A stretch of 64,000 nt of DNA, taken from contig OW569373.1 in NCBI GenBank assembly GCA_937625935.1, positions 248,001 to 312,000 of the forward strand, in the 5' to 3' direction. Shown here piece after piece: positions 1 through 11,818 of the stretch (positions are counted from its first letter, which is position 1; each line of letters begins with the position of its first letter). The notes beneath the pieces are model-generated. The model worked only from the letters and a program-made list of their open reading frames with translations, made no database searches and was not told the origin of the DNA. Source of the stretch: Tetramitus jugosus. Taxonomy: Eukaryota; Protista; Heterolobosea. The translations under genes were made by a program, and so were the position numbers.

Positions 1-925
1 AGGGTGATGCTGTTCTTGTATCATTTGCTGTTTGATTACTATTAAAGTATTGATCAAATTCATAGGATTGTTGTTGTTGTTGCGATGGTGATTCATTGTT
101 GTTGTAATGATTGTATTGTCCACGACCATTCTCATTATTGGTACTGTTATTATTAGTACTGTAATAGTCATCATAACCGTACGATGATGATGATGATTGT
201 TGTTGTTGTTGTTGAGAGAATGATGTACTTTGATGAGGAGATGTCGTATTGGATGTTTGATAATAATCAGAATAGGATGATGATGATGATGGTTGTTGTT
301 GTTGTTGTTGATATTGATTCTCCTCCTCTTCCTCTTCTTCTTCTGTTTCCTCTGTTTCTTCTGTTTCTTCTGTGGCAGTTGTCGTCTTCATTTGTTGTTC
401 TTGATAGGAACCTGGTTGAATCGTTTCACCAGTCTTGATACATCTGGAAATCTCTGCAGCCTTCCATCTCGCATACTTGTGCTTCTCCATCAAATCACTT
501 GACAATTCTCCACCAAACTGCTTGGTTACTTCCATGAGCACACTGCTGGCATAGAACAATTTGGCAACACTGGGTGTGTGCTGTCCCAATCGATCATGAT
601 CATCTGCTTTTTGAAACATTTTCAATGCAAACAATTCAACAGTGGCACGTCCTTCTTCAGTGTTGGGTGACAATTGTTCCTTGTCTCTCTCCAATTGATT
701 CATGAGTGATACAATAAATTGAGTGCATTGGTCTCTGTCATTATTGTTGTTGTTGTTGTTGTTGTTATTGGATTGTTTCATGAGTGTAATGCCCAATTGT
801 GCTGCATAGGTTCTACAATAAAAGGCAACAAGTGGACCTCTCAATTCAAAATCATTGGCTCTCTGTAGATAGGGAAGAATGGGTTTTAGACTGGGTGGGA
901 GTGAATTGACAAGATCAGCCATCAT
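1..925 (-). CDS. VTA1: Vacuolar protein sorting-associated protein Vta1/LIP5 homolog (3' end runs off the window)
   Basis: Manual translation from ATG 925/922: MADLVNSLPPSLKPILPYLQRANDFELRGPLVAFYCRTYAAQLG...KHKYARWKAAEISRCIKTGE, typical Vta1 N-terminal MIT domains, followed by a Q/N/S-rich linker open to base 1. Missing from the ORF track because the stop lies outside the window. Confidence 0.88.
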   Translation of the reverse strand, partial: MMADLVNSLPPSLKPILPYLQRANDFELRGPLVAFYCRTYAAQLGITLMKQSNNNNNNNNNNDRDQCTQFIVSLMNQLERDKEQLSPNTEEGRATVELFALKMFQKADDHDRLGQHTPSVAKLFYASSVLMEVTKQFGGELSSDLMEKHKYARWKAAEISRCIKTGETIQPGSYQEQQMKTTTATEETEETEETEEEEEEEENQYQQQQQQPSSSSSYSDYYQTSNTTSPHQSTSFSQQQQQQSSSSSYGYDDYYSTNNNSTNNENGRGQYNHYNNNESPSQQQQQSYEFDQYFNSNQTANDTRTASP

Positions 926-1563
926 TAATATGTTTGTGTTATGATTGGTATTGTTGGTGGGTAATGGAGACGAATGACGAAACAAAAGAATAACAACGCT
1001 GATTGCTTTTTTTTTTCTGCAACAACAGAATAGATGATTTCGAGTGTTCGGTTTTTGATGTCGGCGATTTCCTCCACACAATGGTTTTTTTTGGCTTGTT
1101 CAAGGAACTGGACGAACGATCCTTGTGGAACATTCCAGTATGGTAGTTGAAGGAAAGCATTTTGTGCCAGTTGACAAAATGTCTGTTCCTTTCGTGTTTT
1201 TTCTGCTGGTGTTAGCCTGTTGCCAGATCTCCGGAGATACAAAAACCAGAATACATCATGTTTCAGCTCAGGAGTTTGTGATTTGCCTTTGGGTGACAAA
1301 CGTAGTTTTTCTTTGACATTTGACAGATAACTAATCCCTTGTGACCACAAAAGAGTGGAAACTATCGCACTCTTGTTCTGCCCACGCAGGAACAAGTCGC
1401 AAGCAGTATTGCGGTAATTTATCCCACAACTTGACACTGTCTCTTGCGTTGTTTTCTCCCCATCAACAATCATAACAAGTAAACCACAACTACTGCTACT
1501 ACTAGATAGATATCACCTCGGACAAGGTCACTCACTCAAAAGAAGAACAAAAGGATATCCAGG

Positions 1564-4500
1564 ATGAAGAAATCAATCGTGCCTTTATCGTTCAAGTCCA
1601 CGATACCATTGTTTCTACTATGTACAGTCACAGTCGTCACACTGATAATGGTTACAATGAGCAACTTTGTTGCTGCTGCTGCTGCTGCTGGTGCGGCCAC
1701 CACAAGAATTGACTTGGCATCACTTGGTCAAGATTGGGCAAAGTCATGGTCATCTGAACAGTATGTACCATTCAAAGATCGAATGAGTGATGGAGGAAGT
1801 GTACTCCAGGAGGCACAACCATCAGAGACACCACCTAATGTTTGGAGAAATTTGGCCATGGTGGATCCAGTGACCAATTACACTATCATGGTCATGAGAC
1901 AAACAGAGTCATTTGTTGTTCACCAAAAGTGGATTGAATTGGATAGATTGAAGAGCAATCATACGTTTGGAGATATTGTTGTCGTGTCCATGAATGAGAC
2001 CAAGCAGTACATGTGGTCCACCAACAATTGTAGTGCCAGTGGTGATGCTCAATTATGGGACAGCTATGCAACTGCACTGACAATGGATCCGAGCAGGGGT
2101 TTCATTTATTTGGTTGGTTATCGAGTGTCTTTGCCAAATGGTATGGCACAGAGGTCCAGCATTCCCTTTGTTTGTGTGTTGAATGCACATGACGGTCAAT
2201 TTTTGAAAACAATTGATGTGCCAACAAAGAGTCAAGGTGTCATACATGATGCCATCTATTATGATCCATACTTGTACCTGGGTGGATCGCTTGGAGGTAA
2301 TCTATCATTGGTTACGGTCAACATGACCAACTATAACAATCCTGTAAGGGATGAAGTGGTTTCTTTGAAGCCTGGATTCGTGTCTGCACTCCACCTTGAC
2401 ACCATGTCCAATACGCTGTATGTCACTGGTGTTTCTTATAGTGCTTTTACTTCCCCTTTGGGAGGCTCTGTGACTCCTGTTGGGTTGGACAACACGATTA
2501 ACTTGCTTTGCGGCAAGTATTCATTGACTGGCAAGTCATGGGATTGGATTAGAAACATTAGTCACAGCAATGATAAAGGATCTCGACTAATGAGCACAGG
2601 TCTAGTGTTAGATTCGGCTTCTGAGCGAGTCATTGTTGTTGGATACTTTAGTAATGAAATGAATGTGAATGACACAATATATACGAGCTCTGGACTCGAT
2701 GACTATTTTGTGATTCAACTCGCGTCTGTCACTGGAAGTGTGCAACTTGTCTTGACTGCTGGAGACAGTTTGAATGATCGAGCCTTGGGTGTACAACTTG
2801 GAAAAGCAGGCAGTCTCTTCGTGTATGGCAACTATGATCAGCCGGATGCCGTGTCGAGAGGCACCTACTCATTCATTATGGAGTACAAGAACGATTGGAC
2901 ACGATTTAAAAGCAAGCTAGGTAATCCTGAAGGTTTTACTGATTTGAATCAAATATTGATGCAGCCATCATTGGAGAGTATGATCATAGTTGGCAGAACC
3001 AACACAACTCCCTTGCTGAATGATCAATATTCTTTTATCATCAATTCTGGAGGACCATTCTTTACAGAGGTGGAAGATATTTATTCGTACGAAGATAACG
3101 ATCCAGTATCTTTCGTTGTTGACAATAATCGAGTAGTGGAGCCATGTACTGACATGGTTGCCTCTGCTTCAATTACGGGAGGTAGTATACTCAATTATAC
3201 CTTCTCATGGAGTGTGTCACCATTCCCACCTATATATTCTCAAATCGTTAACGATATCCTTGTGAATCAAACCTCAAGCACTATCACCATACCATATAGT
3301 GCGATTGCATCAGGGTACTTCTTTTACTTAAGAATGGACGCTAAAAATCGAGTGACCGGCAAGGTCGATACTGAACATAGTTACTTCACGAAACATAGTT
3401 TGTCTGCTGCAGGTTATAATATCCAATTGGATGAGGGTGAAAATTTCTTTGTGTTCAATCGAGAAAGAACCACTTTTTATGCCACGGTCGACCTTCCATC
3501 GTGCTTTGATACAATCACCAAGAAGTGGAGATTCTATGACGTTGACATAGTGACCAACGATTCACGTGTCATGTTTGAAATTCCAGTTCTGACACCTGCA
3601 AGATATGGTTTTGGAATCTATCTCCAAGTTGGGGATGAGTCAGTCCCGATAACGCGACCGTTAGCGATTAATGTGATGCCAGACAGGCCTATTGCCATTG
3701 TTAAGGGTGGAAATAGAGTAGTACATGTAGGGACATCTCTTTTGCTCGACGCATCCTCGAGTTTTGATGTATCCAGGCGAGATGCAACACCTAGTTATAC
3801 TTGGTATTGTAGTAATTGTCAAGTTGTATCTTCGTCCGGAACGAAATACCAATTCGAGGCCATTTCGACAGGAACCTACAAGATATCCATGCTTTTCATT
3901 TCAGATCAGACTCTCTCAACCAGGAATGCAACAAGAATAATCACAATCACTGTTATCAACGATGATGTTCCAACATTGAGTCTTGACACCATAGTGGACG
4001 ACATCCTCAACACACAATCTCGATTGTCTATCGCTGCATCTCTCCTCTCTACTAGTGACAAAAGAGTATCATATTGGTGGGTAGTAGAGCAGAGTGGTAT
4101 TGATGCATTTTCAACCAAAGTTACCACCATACTCACACCATTGTCCATTGAGAAGAACTCGATCGCAATGAACTCAACGGTTACAATCCGAGTTAGAGGT
4201 ACGTACAGCCAAGATGGAACAGGTCCTTATGGTGAAGCATCTGTCACTGTTAGAACAACCTTGCCTCCGGTGATTACTGAGACTCTTTCTTCGAGTACGG
4301 TATTTGGAACATCTCTCGTCACACAGTTTGATTTTGAAATTGAAGCAACAGACATAGATGAAGGCTATCCATTGACATTCACCTACTCATACTTGGACCC
4401 AATCACCCAAAGATTAGTTCCAATCAGATATGCATCGCGATTCAATCAATTGAGTACGATTCTACCGATGGTGTTTGGTTCCCAGGGACGGGTTCAAATC

Positions 4501-7014
4501 GTCTGTACAGTAACAAATGCGCTAGGATATTCAACACAGTCAGATCCCTTGGAAATTTCTCTAACAGGTCAATTGACTATTGATGATTCATTGACAAGGT
4601 TGCTAGTGATTAGGAATCTACTGTTTTCAACCGTAGACATTTCGAGTCGTATTGAAACATTGTTCAACACATTATCAGCCATGATATTTACTGTCTCCAA
4701 GGCAACACTTAACGAAAGACAGCAGACTGTCTTGTCTCAAATGATGGATAAGCTTGTTCAGACATTGTATGACGATTTTCAGAGAAGCGGTTCTAGTTTA
4801 ACTTTCAACAAATTTGTTGCCAAAGCCAGCACCCTAGAGCTTTTGACGCGAAGTCGAAGCATTATTTCATATGAGTCTGTTGAAAAAGCACGCTCTATGC
4901 TTTTGGTTTTGCTTGACCCTGTTATGAAGAATCAAACTGCTTCGGTGACTAATGATGATGACAGTCAATTGATAGCTTACACAGTTTCGAATCTATATCT
5001 CATCGGACAACAAAACCAAACCCAGAGTGAGATAGATCTTGCACTGATCGATAAACTAAGGGACGCTATTGTGAAATACAAGACAATTGCGGAATCAGTT
5101 TCAGATATCATTACTGAATCGTTCAGATTAGTCCTAAAAGTTGATTATGGAGCGAACATTGTTGAACAATCATTGGAAACAGATTCTGTCAAGGTAAATC
5201 TTCCAAGTTCTCTCAAGCAACTGGAGGACGGTATTGCATATGGCATGGAATTGCTGAGTTTTTCCAATACGACATTGCCTTACATGTTATCTTCATCTGC
5301 CCATAATATTAGCTCCTCGGTTGCAACCTTCAAGATTCTGTTCAACAATACAAAGGTTCCTTTGAAAGACCTATCGGCACCGATCAGTATCATTCTCAAG
5401 AAACAAGTTGAATTGGATAATCCTATGCTATATTCTTACCAATGTAGATACTTTGATGAATTCTCCAACAACACATGGGGGACATCGGGATGTTGGTTAC
5501 ATGATGTAACTGATGATGAGATTATATGTCGTTGCTCTCACACTACCAGTTTTGCCAGTTTTATCATTTTCGATGATAAGACTGTTCGTAACTCTGTTGG
5601 AATCTCTGCAACCTACATCGCTTTCCACATTCTATTTATTGCAGCTTGTTCCACTCTCATCGTGCTATTGATTGTCCTACGAAACAAGCAACCCATACGC
5701 TCAAGAGCCATTGTTCCATACATTGGTCTGACTGCAATTATCTTGGAGAGTATCCTACAGGGTATCATCAGAAATTCATTGCTAATCGGTGGCAAATCGA
5801 ACAAGAGTGTCAATGTTACAGCATACTTCATTTTGAGTATCGTTGATCCTATTGCACTGTTGTCCCTCGTGCTCTTCTTCTGGCAACAATTACGATTCTT
5901 CTTCTGCAAGAATGTGTATAGTGTCATGGAGAGAACAAACATGAAGAACTTGAAGATGAGAGTGCTTCGATTGTTGATCTCTCGTCTCGCAATTATCATC
6001 ATAGCATTAGTGTTCATCACTACACTCCTTTGCTATTATGTCCTGTTATCAATTTTAGAAGGGACAAATGTTATTGTAGCTCAATTGGCGACCGCGTTCA
6101 ATGCTCTGTCCTCTGCATCCATGACATTGGCCATCGGATTACTGATTGTGGCAGCGCTTCTGTATGACTTTGTTGTTAATGGAGCTCTATTGTTTTGGAG
6201 TATTGGAAAAAAGGACAATCTATTGATGGAAGAGGAAAGTAACTCTGGAAGGATGAAGATAGTGTCAGCCTTCTTCGTGGGAGACGATCCTTTGTATTTC
6301 CGTATTGAAGCTGTATTAATGTGTGCAGCTATGGTTGCAATGTTTGTTTCATATTCACTTGGAATTGCGGCCTACTATGATCAGCATTCCTCACCAAACT
6401 CAGGAGTGAGGGTAGTGTCTCTATTGTTTGATTTGCTTTACATCTCCCTCAGAATCATGGCATTTGGAGGGTTTATTGTCACGGTAGCTCTCATTCGCGC
6501 GATCAGAGACAAATTATATGGATCTGGCTACGATACGCTAGTGGATGAAAAAGATAACTCTAGTGTTGTTAGCGAATCGGAATCCACCGTTTCTGAGTTG
6601 TTATATCATGAGTATGGAGGCAAGTTGCTGACAGCATATGCAAAAGCAGAATTTAGTCTCGAAAATTTGTTGATTTACAAGAAATTAAATCATCTGAGAG
6701 GTGAGAATGAACGACTCAGTGGGGAACAGAGAATTGCAAAGTTGCAAGAGTTGTGGGACAACTACCTATTGAGAGGCGCTCCTTACGAAGTCAATGTGTC
6801 CGCCTCTTGCAAGAAGAAGGTAACCGCCATCACCAAAGGTCAAACATCACTGACAGAAGAACAAATGAGACAAGCAATTCGTTTGATTAGTGGTGAGGTA
6901 GTTGCTAATATATGTGACACTTTCACTCGTTTTAGCAAAACGAGCGAGTACGAGAGATACAGAAAACTCAAGAGCACAGAAATCCAACTTCAATCAGTTG
7001 TCACACGACAGTAA
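1564..7014 (+). CDS. Large receptor-like protein: signal peptide, beta-propeller-like ectodomain, PKD/REJ region, GPS/GAIN motif, about 7 TM helices, C-terminal RGS domain
   Basis: 1816-aa ORF. Hydrophobic N-terminus; REJ-like 'LLLDASSSFD..YTWYC'; GPS 'CRYFDE..WGTSGC..CRCSHTTSFA'; multiple TM segments; RGS 'LTAYAKAEFSLENLLIY..YLLRGAPYEVNV..NICDTFTRF'. Confidence 0.85.
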   Translation: MKKSIVPLSFKSTIPLFLLCTVTVVTLIMVTMSNFVAAAAAAGAATTRIDLASLGQDWAKSWSSEQYVPFKDRMSDGGSVLQEAQPSETPPNVWRNLAMVDPVTNYTIMVMRQTESFVVHQKWIELDRLKSNHTFGDIVVVSMNETKQYMWSTNNCSASGDAQLWDSYATALTMDPSRGFIYLVGYRVSLPNGMAQRSSIPFVCVLNAHDGQFLKTIDVPTKSQGVIHDAIYYDPYLYLGGSLGGNLSLVTVNMTNYNNPVRDEVVSLKPGFVSALHLDTMSNTLYVTGVSYSAFTSPLGGSVTPVGLDNTINLLCGKYSLTGKSWDWIRNISHSNDKGSRLMSTGLVLDSASERVIVVGYFSNEMNVNDTIYTSSGLDDYFVIQLASVTGSVQLVLTAGDSLNDRALGVQLGKAGSLFVYGNYDQPDAVSRGTYSFIMEYKNDWTRFKSKLGNPEGFTDLNQILMQPSLESMIIVGRTNTTPLLNDQYSFIINSGGPFFTEVEDIYSYEDNDPVSFVVDNNRVVEPCTDMVASASITGGSILNYTFSWSVSPFPPIYSQIVNDILVNQTSSTITIPYSAIASGYFFYLRMDAKNRVTGKVDTEHSYFTKHSLSAAGYNIQLDEGENFFVFNRERTTFYATVDLPSCFDTITKKWRFYDVDIVTNDSRVMFEIPVLTPARYGFGIYLQVGDESVPITRPLAINVMPDRPIAIVKGGNRVVHVGTSLLLDASSSFDVSRRDATPSYTWYCSNCQVVSSSGTKYQFEAISTGTYKISMLFISDQTLSTRNATRIITITVINDDVPTLSLDTIVDDILNTQSRLSIAASLLSTSDKRVSYWWVVEQSGIDAFSTKVTTILTPLSIEKNSIAMNSTVTIRVRGTYSQDGTGPYGEASVTVRTTLPPVITETLSSSTVFGTSLVTQFDFEIEATDIDEGYPLTFTYSYLDPITQRLVPIRYASRFNQLSTILPMVFGSQGRVQIVCTVTNALGYSTQSDPLEISLTGQLTIDDSLTRLLVIRNLLFSTVDISSRIETLFNTLSAMIFTVSKATLNERQQTVLSQMMDKLVQTLYDDFQRSGSSLTFNKFVAKASTLELLTRSRSIISYESVEKARSMLLVLLDPVMKNQTASVTNDDDSQLIAYTVSNLYLIGQQNQTQSEIDLALIDKLRDAIVKYKTIAESVSDIITESFRLVLKVDYGANIVEQSLETDSVKVNLPSSLKQLEDGIAYGMELLSFSNTTLPYMLSSSAHNISSSVATFKILFNNTKVPLKDLSAPISIILKKQVELDNPMLYSYQCRYFDEFSNNTWGTSGCWLHDVTDDEIICRCSHTTSFASFIIFDDKTVRNSVGISATYIAFHILFIAACSTLIVLLIVLRNKQPIRSRAIVPYIGLTAIILESILQGIIRNSLLIGGKSNKSVNVTAYFILSIVDPIALLSLVLFFWQQLRFFFCKNVYSVMERTNMKNLKMRVLRLLISRLAIIIIALVFITTLLCYYVLLSILEGTNVIVAQLATAFNALSSASMTLAIGLLIVAALLYDFVVNGALLFWSIGKKDNLLMEEESNSGRMKIVSAFFVGDDPLYFRIEAVLMCAAMVAMFVSYSLGIAAYYDQHSSPNSGVRVVSLLFDLLYISLRIMAFGGFIVTVALIRAIRDKLYGSGYDTLVDEKDNSSVVSESESTVSELLYHEYGGKLLTAYAKAEFSLENLLIYKKLNHLRGENERLSGEQRIAKLQELWDNYLLRGAPYEVNVSASCKKKVTAITKGQTSLTEEQMRQAIRLISGEVVANICDTFTRFSKTSEYERYRKLKSTEIQLQSVVTRQ

Positions 7015-7025
7015 TAAATAAAACT

Positions 7026-9004
7026 TTACTTAGTTGTCAAATCAGCCCAATCGAGCTTGCTGACTGGTCTATTCCACCATTCATCTGCTAGTCTATCAGT
7101 TTCATCAAACACCTTCTGGATTGCCTCACAACTCTTCATCGCCTGATCAATCGTTTGCACCCAGTCGGCTTGATCTTGATCCAGCAGATCCGAACATGCA
7201 CGCATTACTTCATTGATTTCTTCATCCGATGGATTTGAGCATTCGATGTTGACCTTCTTCATCATATGTTGGTGTAACTGTACATTCATGCGTGCTTCAT
7301 ACTCTTCAAACTGTAACTCTGTCATCTGTGTGACAAGTGCATCTATTGTTGTAAAATCAGGCAAACCCACCTGTTTTAGCCACTGCGAATGGAGTGTGTC
7401 CAATTGTTGATCTGATTCCGGATAGAGTCTATACCAAGGCAGACTCGAAAAAGCTTGTAGTTCCCTAGTGATTCCATCTTGCATGGCACTGACGTATTTT
7501 GGTATGGTAGTCACGAACTGCGAGTTAACCTCTGATAAATCAGTCTGTAGTATGGAATGAATAATCTTTTTCTTGTCTTCGACCACTCGTTGGATGTATG
7601 AAATGTCCTTCATCAGATCCCGGATCAAGTTTTGTCTATGACTATTCTTCTCATCAAAAGTGTTAATTTTTTGTTTCTTTAGCTCTAGAGTATGATAAAT
7701 TGACCTGTACTTGTCTCTCAGCTCCCTTAACTTTCCTAATCGATGCTCCATAACCTCCTTTGCTGAAGCTAGTCCATTATGTTTCATTTCTACATGTAAT
7801 AACTTTCCTAAAGCGACAGTTTTATGAGAATCAACATGTTGCAGCTTGATTTGAGTCTCATGAATCAATCTGTCTAATTTTTCTTGTGTCGTAGCAGCTT
7901 GATTCAGCAACCGCTCTGACTCAATATAGGAAGCGATATGCTCCTTTCTTCTCTCTGTTAAAATTTTTTTCGTATCCCTCAAATCGATACCATCACCGTC
8001 CTTCATGCTTGACAATTGTTCACATCTTGTCTCTACCTCATCTATATCGTGTTGTACAGAGAGCGAATTCATCGAATGAACCACTCGGTCAGAGTCTTCT
8101 CTGGTTAAGTTTGACAACACCTCGACCATCTCCTGCGGACGACTCCGAGAAGTATGAGCAATTGTTTGATGTACATTTTCACCTGGAGAAGCATACTTGG
8201 ATAGCAGTTCAGTGTATTGTTTGCTCATCTCTTTGCATGCATCTTCAATCACATGTATCAGACCTTGTGGTTGAGTATAGTCACTCGAGTCTGTCATCTC
8301 ATTATCTGTAGCAGCAGCGCTTTGACATGACATGGAATCACTTTGTTGTGTCAACCCATGATACACATTCTCTAAGCGATCACCAAAATCAGCAAGCACA
8401 ATATGATTGGAAGCACACTTTTCATCAAAACATTTTAAGATACAGTTTTGTTGGCCAAGTGTCATCGCTCGTTTCTCTTTGTTTGACTCCTGCAAATCTA
8501 AAAAAATCTTTTTTGTAAGTTGCTTTGTGACGGTTTTTTTTTCTTACAATACAATGAATGCTACATACCGAGAGCTGATAATTCAGACTTGATCTGTTTC
8601 AATTCAAAAGTAACTTTAGGTATTTCTGACTCTCTTAACTCCTTGATTCGTTGCTGTGTCATTTGTATTTGTGTTGTGAGCTCCAACCTTTTCCGCTCTC
8701 TCTTCACTCTCTCCTCCTGTGCCTTATTCCCATAGAGCAAGACATTCTTTTTCATTGAATCCACTCTGCTTGGACTATATGTATTACCCAACAAGAACAA
8801 CCACACATCGACCATGTTGCCACGACAGAGCTCGCGAATCTGCGAGAGACTGGGCATGGCTTGGCTCGCTTGACGATTCTGACCAATCTCCATCTCATGC
8901 AGGAGCCAATCATTCACATGTTGAGCAAGTTTTACAGGTTGAATGATGGGTTGTTGATCAGAACTGTTTGCATTGCCAACGAAACTGAGGTTGGACATGA
9001 ACAT
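7026..9004 (-). CDS. HAUS5: Augmin/HAUS complex subunit 5-like coiled-coil protein (2 exons; intron 8498-8568)
   Basis: N-terminal 'IRELCRGNMVDVWLFLL..KNVLLYG' resembles the AUG5/HAUS5 signature. ORFs 8561-9103 and 7026-8495 join in frame through a 71-bp GTATGT...TTAG intron. Likely start ATG 9004 or 8998. Confidence 0.72.
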
Positions 9005-9733
9005 TTTTCGAGCTAATTTTTTTTCCTTTTCCTGAACAACGGTCAGTTTTTGGCGGTAGGTGAACAAGTTGGCGCCACTTAATTTCTCCATATCGCCCTT
9101 CACTTCTCTATTTAAGGGTAAGTTATCAATTTTTGATTGGGGACGGAATAGGACAAAATGAACCTCCTCGAAGTCACATATCAGTACAAGCTCCGCCCCA
9201 AAAACGCTTTTGATCGCTACCGTTTGTGTGTTCGTGGATCCTTTACCTTTAATAGCATGCCGTTTACAGGCAAAACTAATCGTCCATCATTCCCATTAAA
9301 TCGAATGCAGTCACCTGTCATTAGAACTGGCCAAATGGGATACAGAGAATCACACACCAACCTGCTAATTTGTTCGCCAACTCGGCTCGATTACACAGGA
9401 GCCAACCACAAAACTAAATAGAAATCGTGAAAAGTTGCACATTTACCAAGAGTACGAAATTGTAATCATAAATCTCATCCAAGAAACAAGTGTCACAAGA
9501 AACTAAAAACTTGGCGTATCTAAAGTGAATTACACACAAACAAAAACATACTTGGGAAAACACTTCAGGAAAACGACCCACAAAAACCTACTTGCTTGGA
9601 ACTAAAAACGTTTATCAAAACCAACCGAAGGAAAAAAAACATTGTAGGAATTTCTTTCCATCAGATATTCAGTCGGACTTAAAACAAAAAAAACTCCTGG
9701 TCAAAAACCCATCAACTTTACAAAACAAAACCC

Positions 9734-11326
9734 ATGTCCAACCATACGGGCTCCTTGTTCTCCTCATTCCAGCTGCCATCATCCTCTACAAGAGAATATC
9801 GTAGACAACAGCAGCAGTCAACCAACAATACCAATTCTATTAATAGCCATCCAAACAAAAATCAGTCAACCAACAATGATGTTACAACAAGGACATCATC
9901 TACAACTGGTAATGGAAATAATGGAACAAACTCCAGTTCAAATACAGCACCTCCATCAAGACCTTTATTGGAATCAGAGGACAGAGCAGCCAACTTGACC
10001 CATGCACAAATTTCTCAATACTTTAATCTGCCACTCCATGAAGCCATTGTACAGTTAAGAGTCGATGAAGGATCACTAAAGAGAAGATGTAGACAATTGG
10101 GTATTTCAAGATGGCCATACAGAAAACGTGTCAATCTCCTCAAGTCATCCTCCAATAAGAACAATAATAATGCTGCTGCTGATAGTAGTAATGCTGCGAT
10201 AACTCCCAATAATGGTATTCGGAGTCAATTCCACCAGTATAACCTCCACACGATGGCATCACCATCACCTTCTCCAATGGACACCAGCAATCAAATGACT
10301 GATGATGATGAGCATGAGCAACCATCACAACAACAATCATCATCATCATCACACATGCATCATCAATCCACAACCATGAACTCATCACCTTCATCCAAGC
10401 TCAAGGAAGTCAAGAAGAAGGCTGCTGATTCACTGTTCAAGTGCTTCCAAGTGTTCAAGGCACCCAACAAGGAACCTAGTCCACAAAAGATGACACAGGA
10501 GGAACATCAGAGAAAGCAGAGTACGATGCAAGGTGAGTTCAACAGTAAACTTGAACCTGTTGCTGAACCACCAAGAACCTCTCAACCACAACAGCCACCA
10601 CAGCATCAACACTTGCCTCATCCTCAACCATCATACCACCACAACAACAGCAACAACAACAACAACAACAGTTATCAGTATCCTCAACAACCACATTCTG
10701 ATGACTTTAACAGCAATCATCATCATGAAGGTTATTCGGCAAGATGGCAACAACCAATGAACAACAATCAAGATGCCTATTGGAAGAAGGGTGGTGGTAA
10801 TGGTGATCATCAGCAACAACCACAACCACAACAACAACAGTTGACTGGATCTCCTCCATCCATCATGTCCAAACTTCACCAATATCACACTCAAGCATCC
10901 AACAACCATGTTCGCCCATATCATCAAGAACATCCTACTCCTTCCACTCCTCATCAATTCAATCACAATCATTTCAACTCTAATTATCAGTATCCTCCAC
11001 AACAACAAGGTTCCTATTCATCATCATCATCATCAAGAGTGGCTCCATCTCCTCATTTGCAACCATTGCCATCCATTAGTGACATGCTTGCATCGATTCA
11101 TGAAGATGAGAGCATGATGAACAAGAAGAGATCGAGAAGAGATTCGGCTGATCAAGTGTATCAACAACAGTTTGCTGGTCCAACCAAGAAGCTCAACTCT
11201 CCTTCGATTTTTGACATGAACAGAAATCATAATCACAACAACAACAACAACAACTATCACCACAATAACAATCAACATCAGACCGGCAATTACCACTTTG
11301 GTGCACCTCATTATATCACCAATTAA
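9734..11326 (+). CDS. RWP-RK domain transcription factor with long N/Q/H-rich low-complexity regions
   Basis: 'LTHAQISQYFNLPLHEAIVQLRVDEGSLKRRCRQLGISRWPYRK' is a canonical RWP-RK domain. Confidence 0.88.
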   Translation: MSNHTGSLFSSFQLPSSSTREYRRQQQQSTNNTNSINSHPNKNQSTNNDVTTRTSSTTGNGNNGTNSSSNTAPPSRPLLESEDRAANLTHAQISQYFNLPLHEAIVQLRVDEGSLKRRCRQLGISRWPYRKRVNLLKSSSNKNNNNAAADSSNAAITPNNGIRSQFHQYNLHTMASPSPSPMDTSNQMTDDDEHEQPSQQQSSSSSHMHHQSTTMNSSPSSKLKEVKKKAADSLFKCFQVFKAPNKEPSPQKMTQEEHQRKQSTMQGEFNSKLEPVAEPPRTSQPQQPPQHQHLPHPQPSYHHNNSNNNNNNSYQYPQQPHSDDFNSNHHHEGYSARWQQPMNNNQDAYWKKGGGNGDHQQQPQPQQQQLTGSPPSIMSKLHQYHTQASNNHVRPYHQEHPTPSTPHQFNHNHFNSNYQYPPQQQGSYSSSSSSRVAPSPHLQPLPSISDMLASIHEDESMMNKKRSRRDSADQVYQQQFAGPTKKLNSPSIFDMNRNHNHNNNNNNYHHNNNQHQTGNYHFGAPHYITN

Positions 11327-11818
11327 TCCGGTGGTATAAGGAGGATATAATTGTAGTAATAGTAGTAGGTAGTAGGTAGGGTAGTAGCAGTCGTAGTGAG
11401 TTTTAGAAAAGAACAACAGGAAACAACGGATAATGAAAAATAGCAATAAGAGTATTAGACTGAATCAATTTTGGAAGAGGACTAGGACATATGGTCGTCT
11501 AGGTGGTGTGTGCTTGTATGTAACAAATCCACACAGGATTATTAATCTCAACAAATTAAATAAAAACAAGCAATTGTTTAATGGTATTTTTTTTCGTTCA
11601 TTGTTTTTTCAATCATCCCTCGTGTTTTGTATTTTTGGCGGTTGACATCCACATCAAATTTACGATTTGTTATTTCGAGTGGACGATGACAAACATGAGG
11701 ACAAAGATAACAACTTGGAATCATAATTTTTGTACTCCGGACGAGACTAGTTGATAAAGGACATGATGAGAAATTCAATTCAGTGAAAGAACAGGAAATT
11801 TCAAAGTTAAACTCACCG

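Noticed and set aside
60-780. (GTT)n/(GAT)n microsatellites and hydrophobic + strand ORFs
   Set aside because: Antisense shadow of Gln/Asn/Ser-rich coding sequence in VTA1.
925-1473. 182-aa minus-strand ORF
   Set aside because: Lies in the divergent promoter region between VTA1 and the receptor gene; poly-A/T-derived composition and no recognisable domain.
9158-9421. 87-aa ORF in the HAUS5/RWP-RK intergenic region
   Set aside because: No motif; more likely regulatory DNA.
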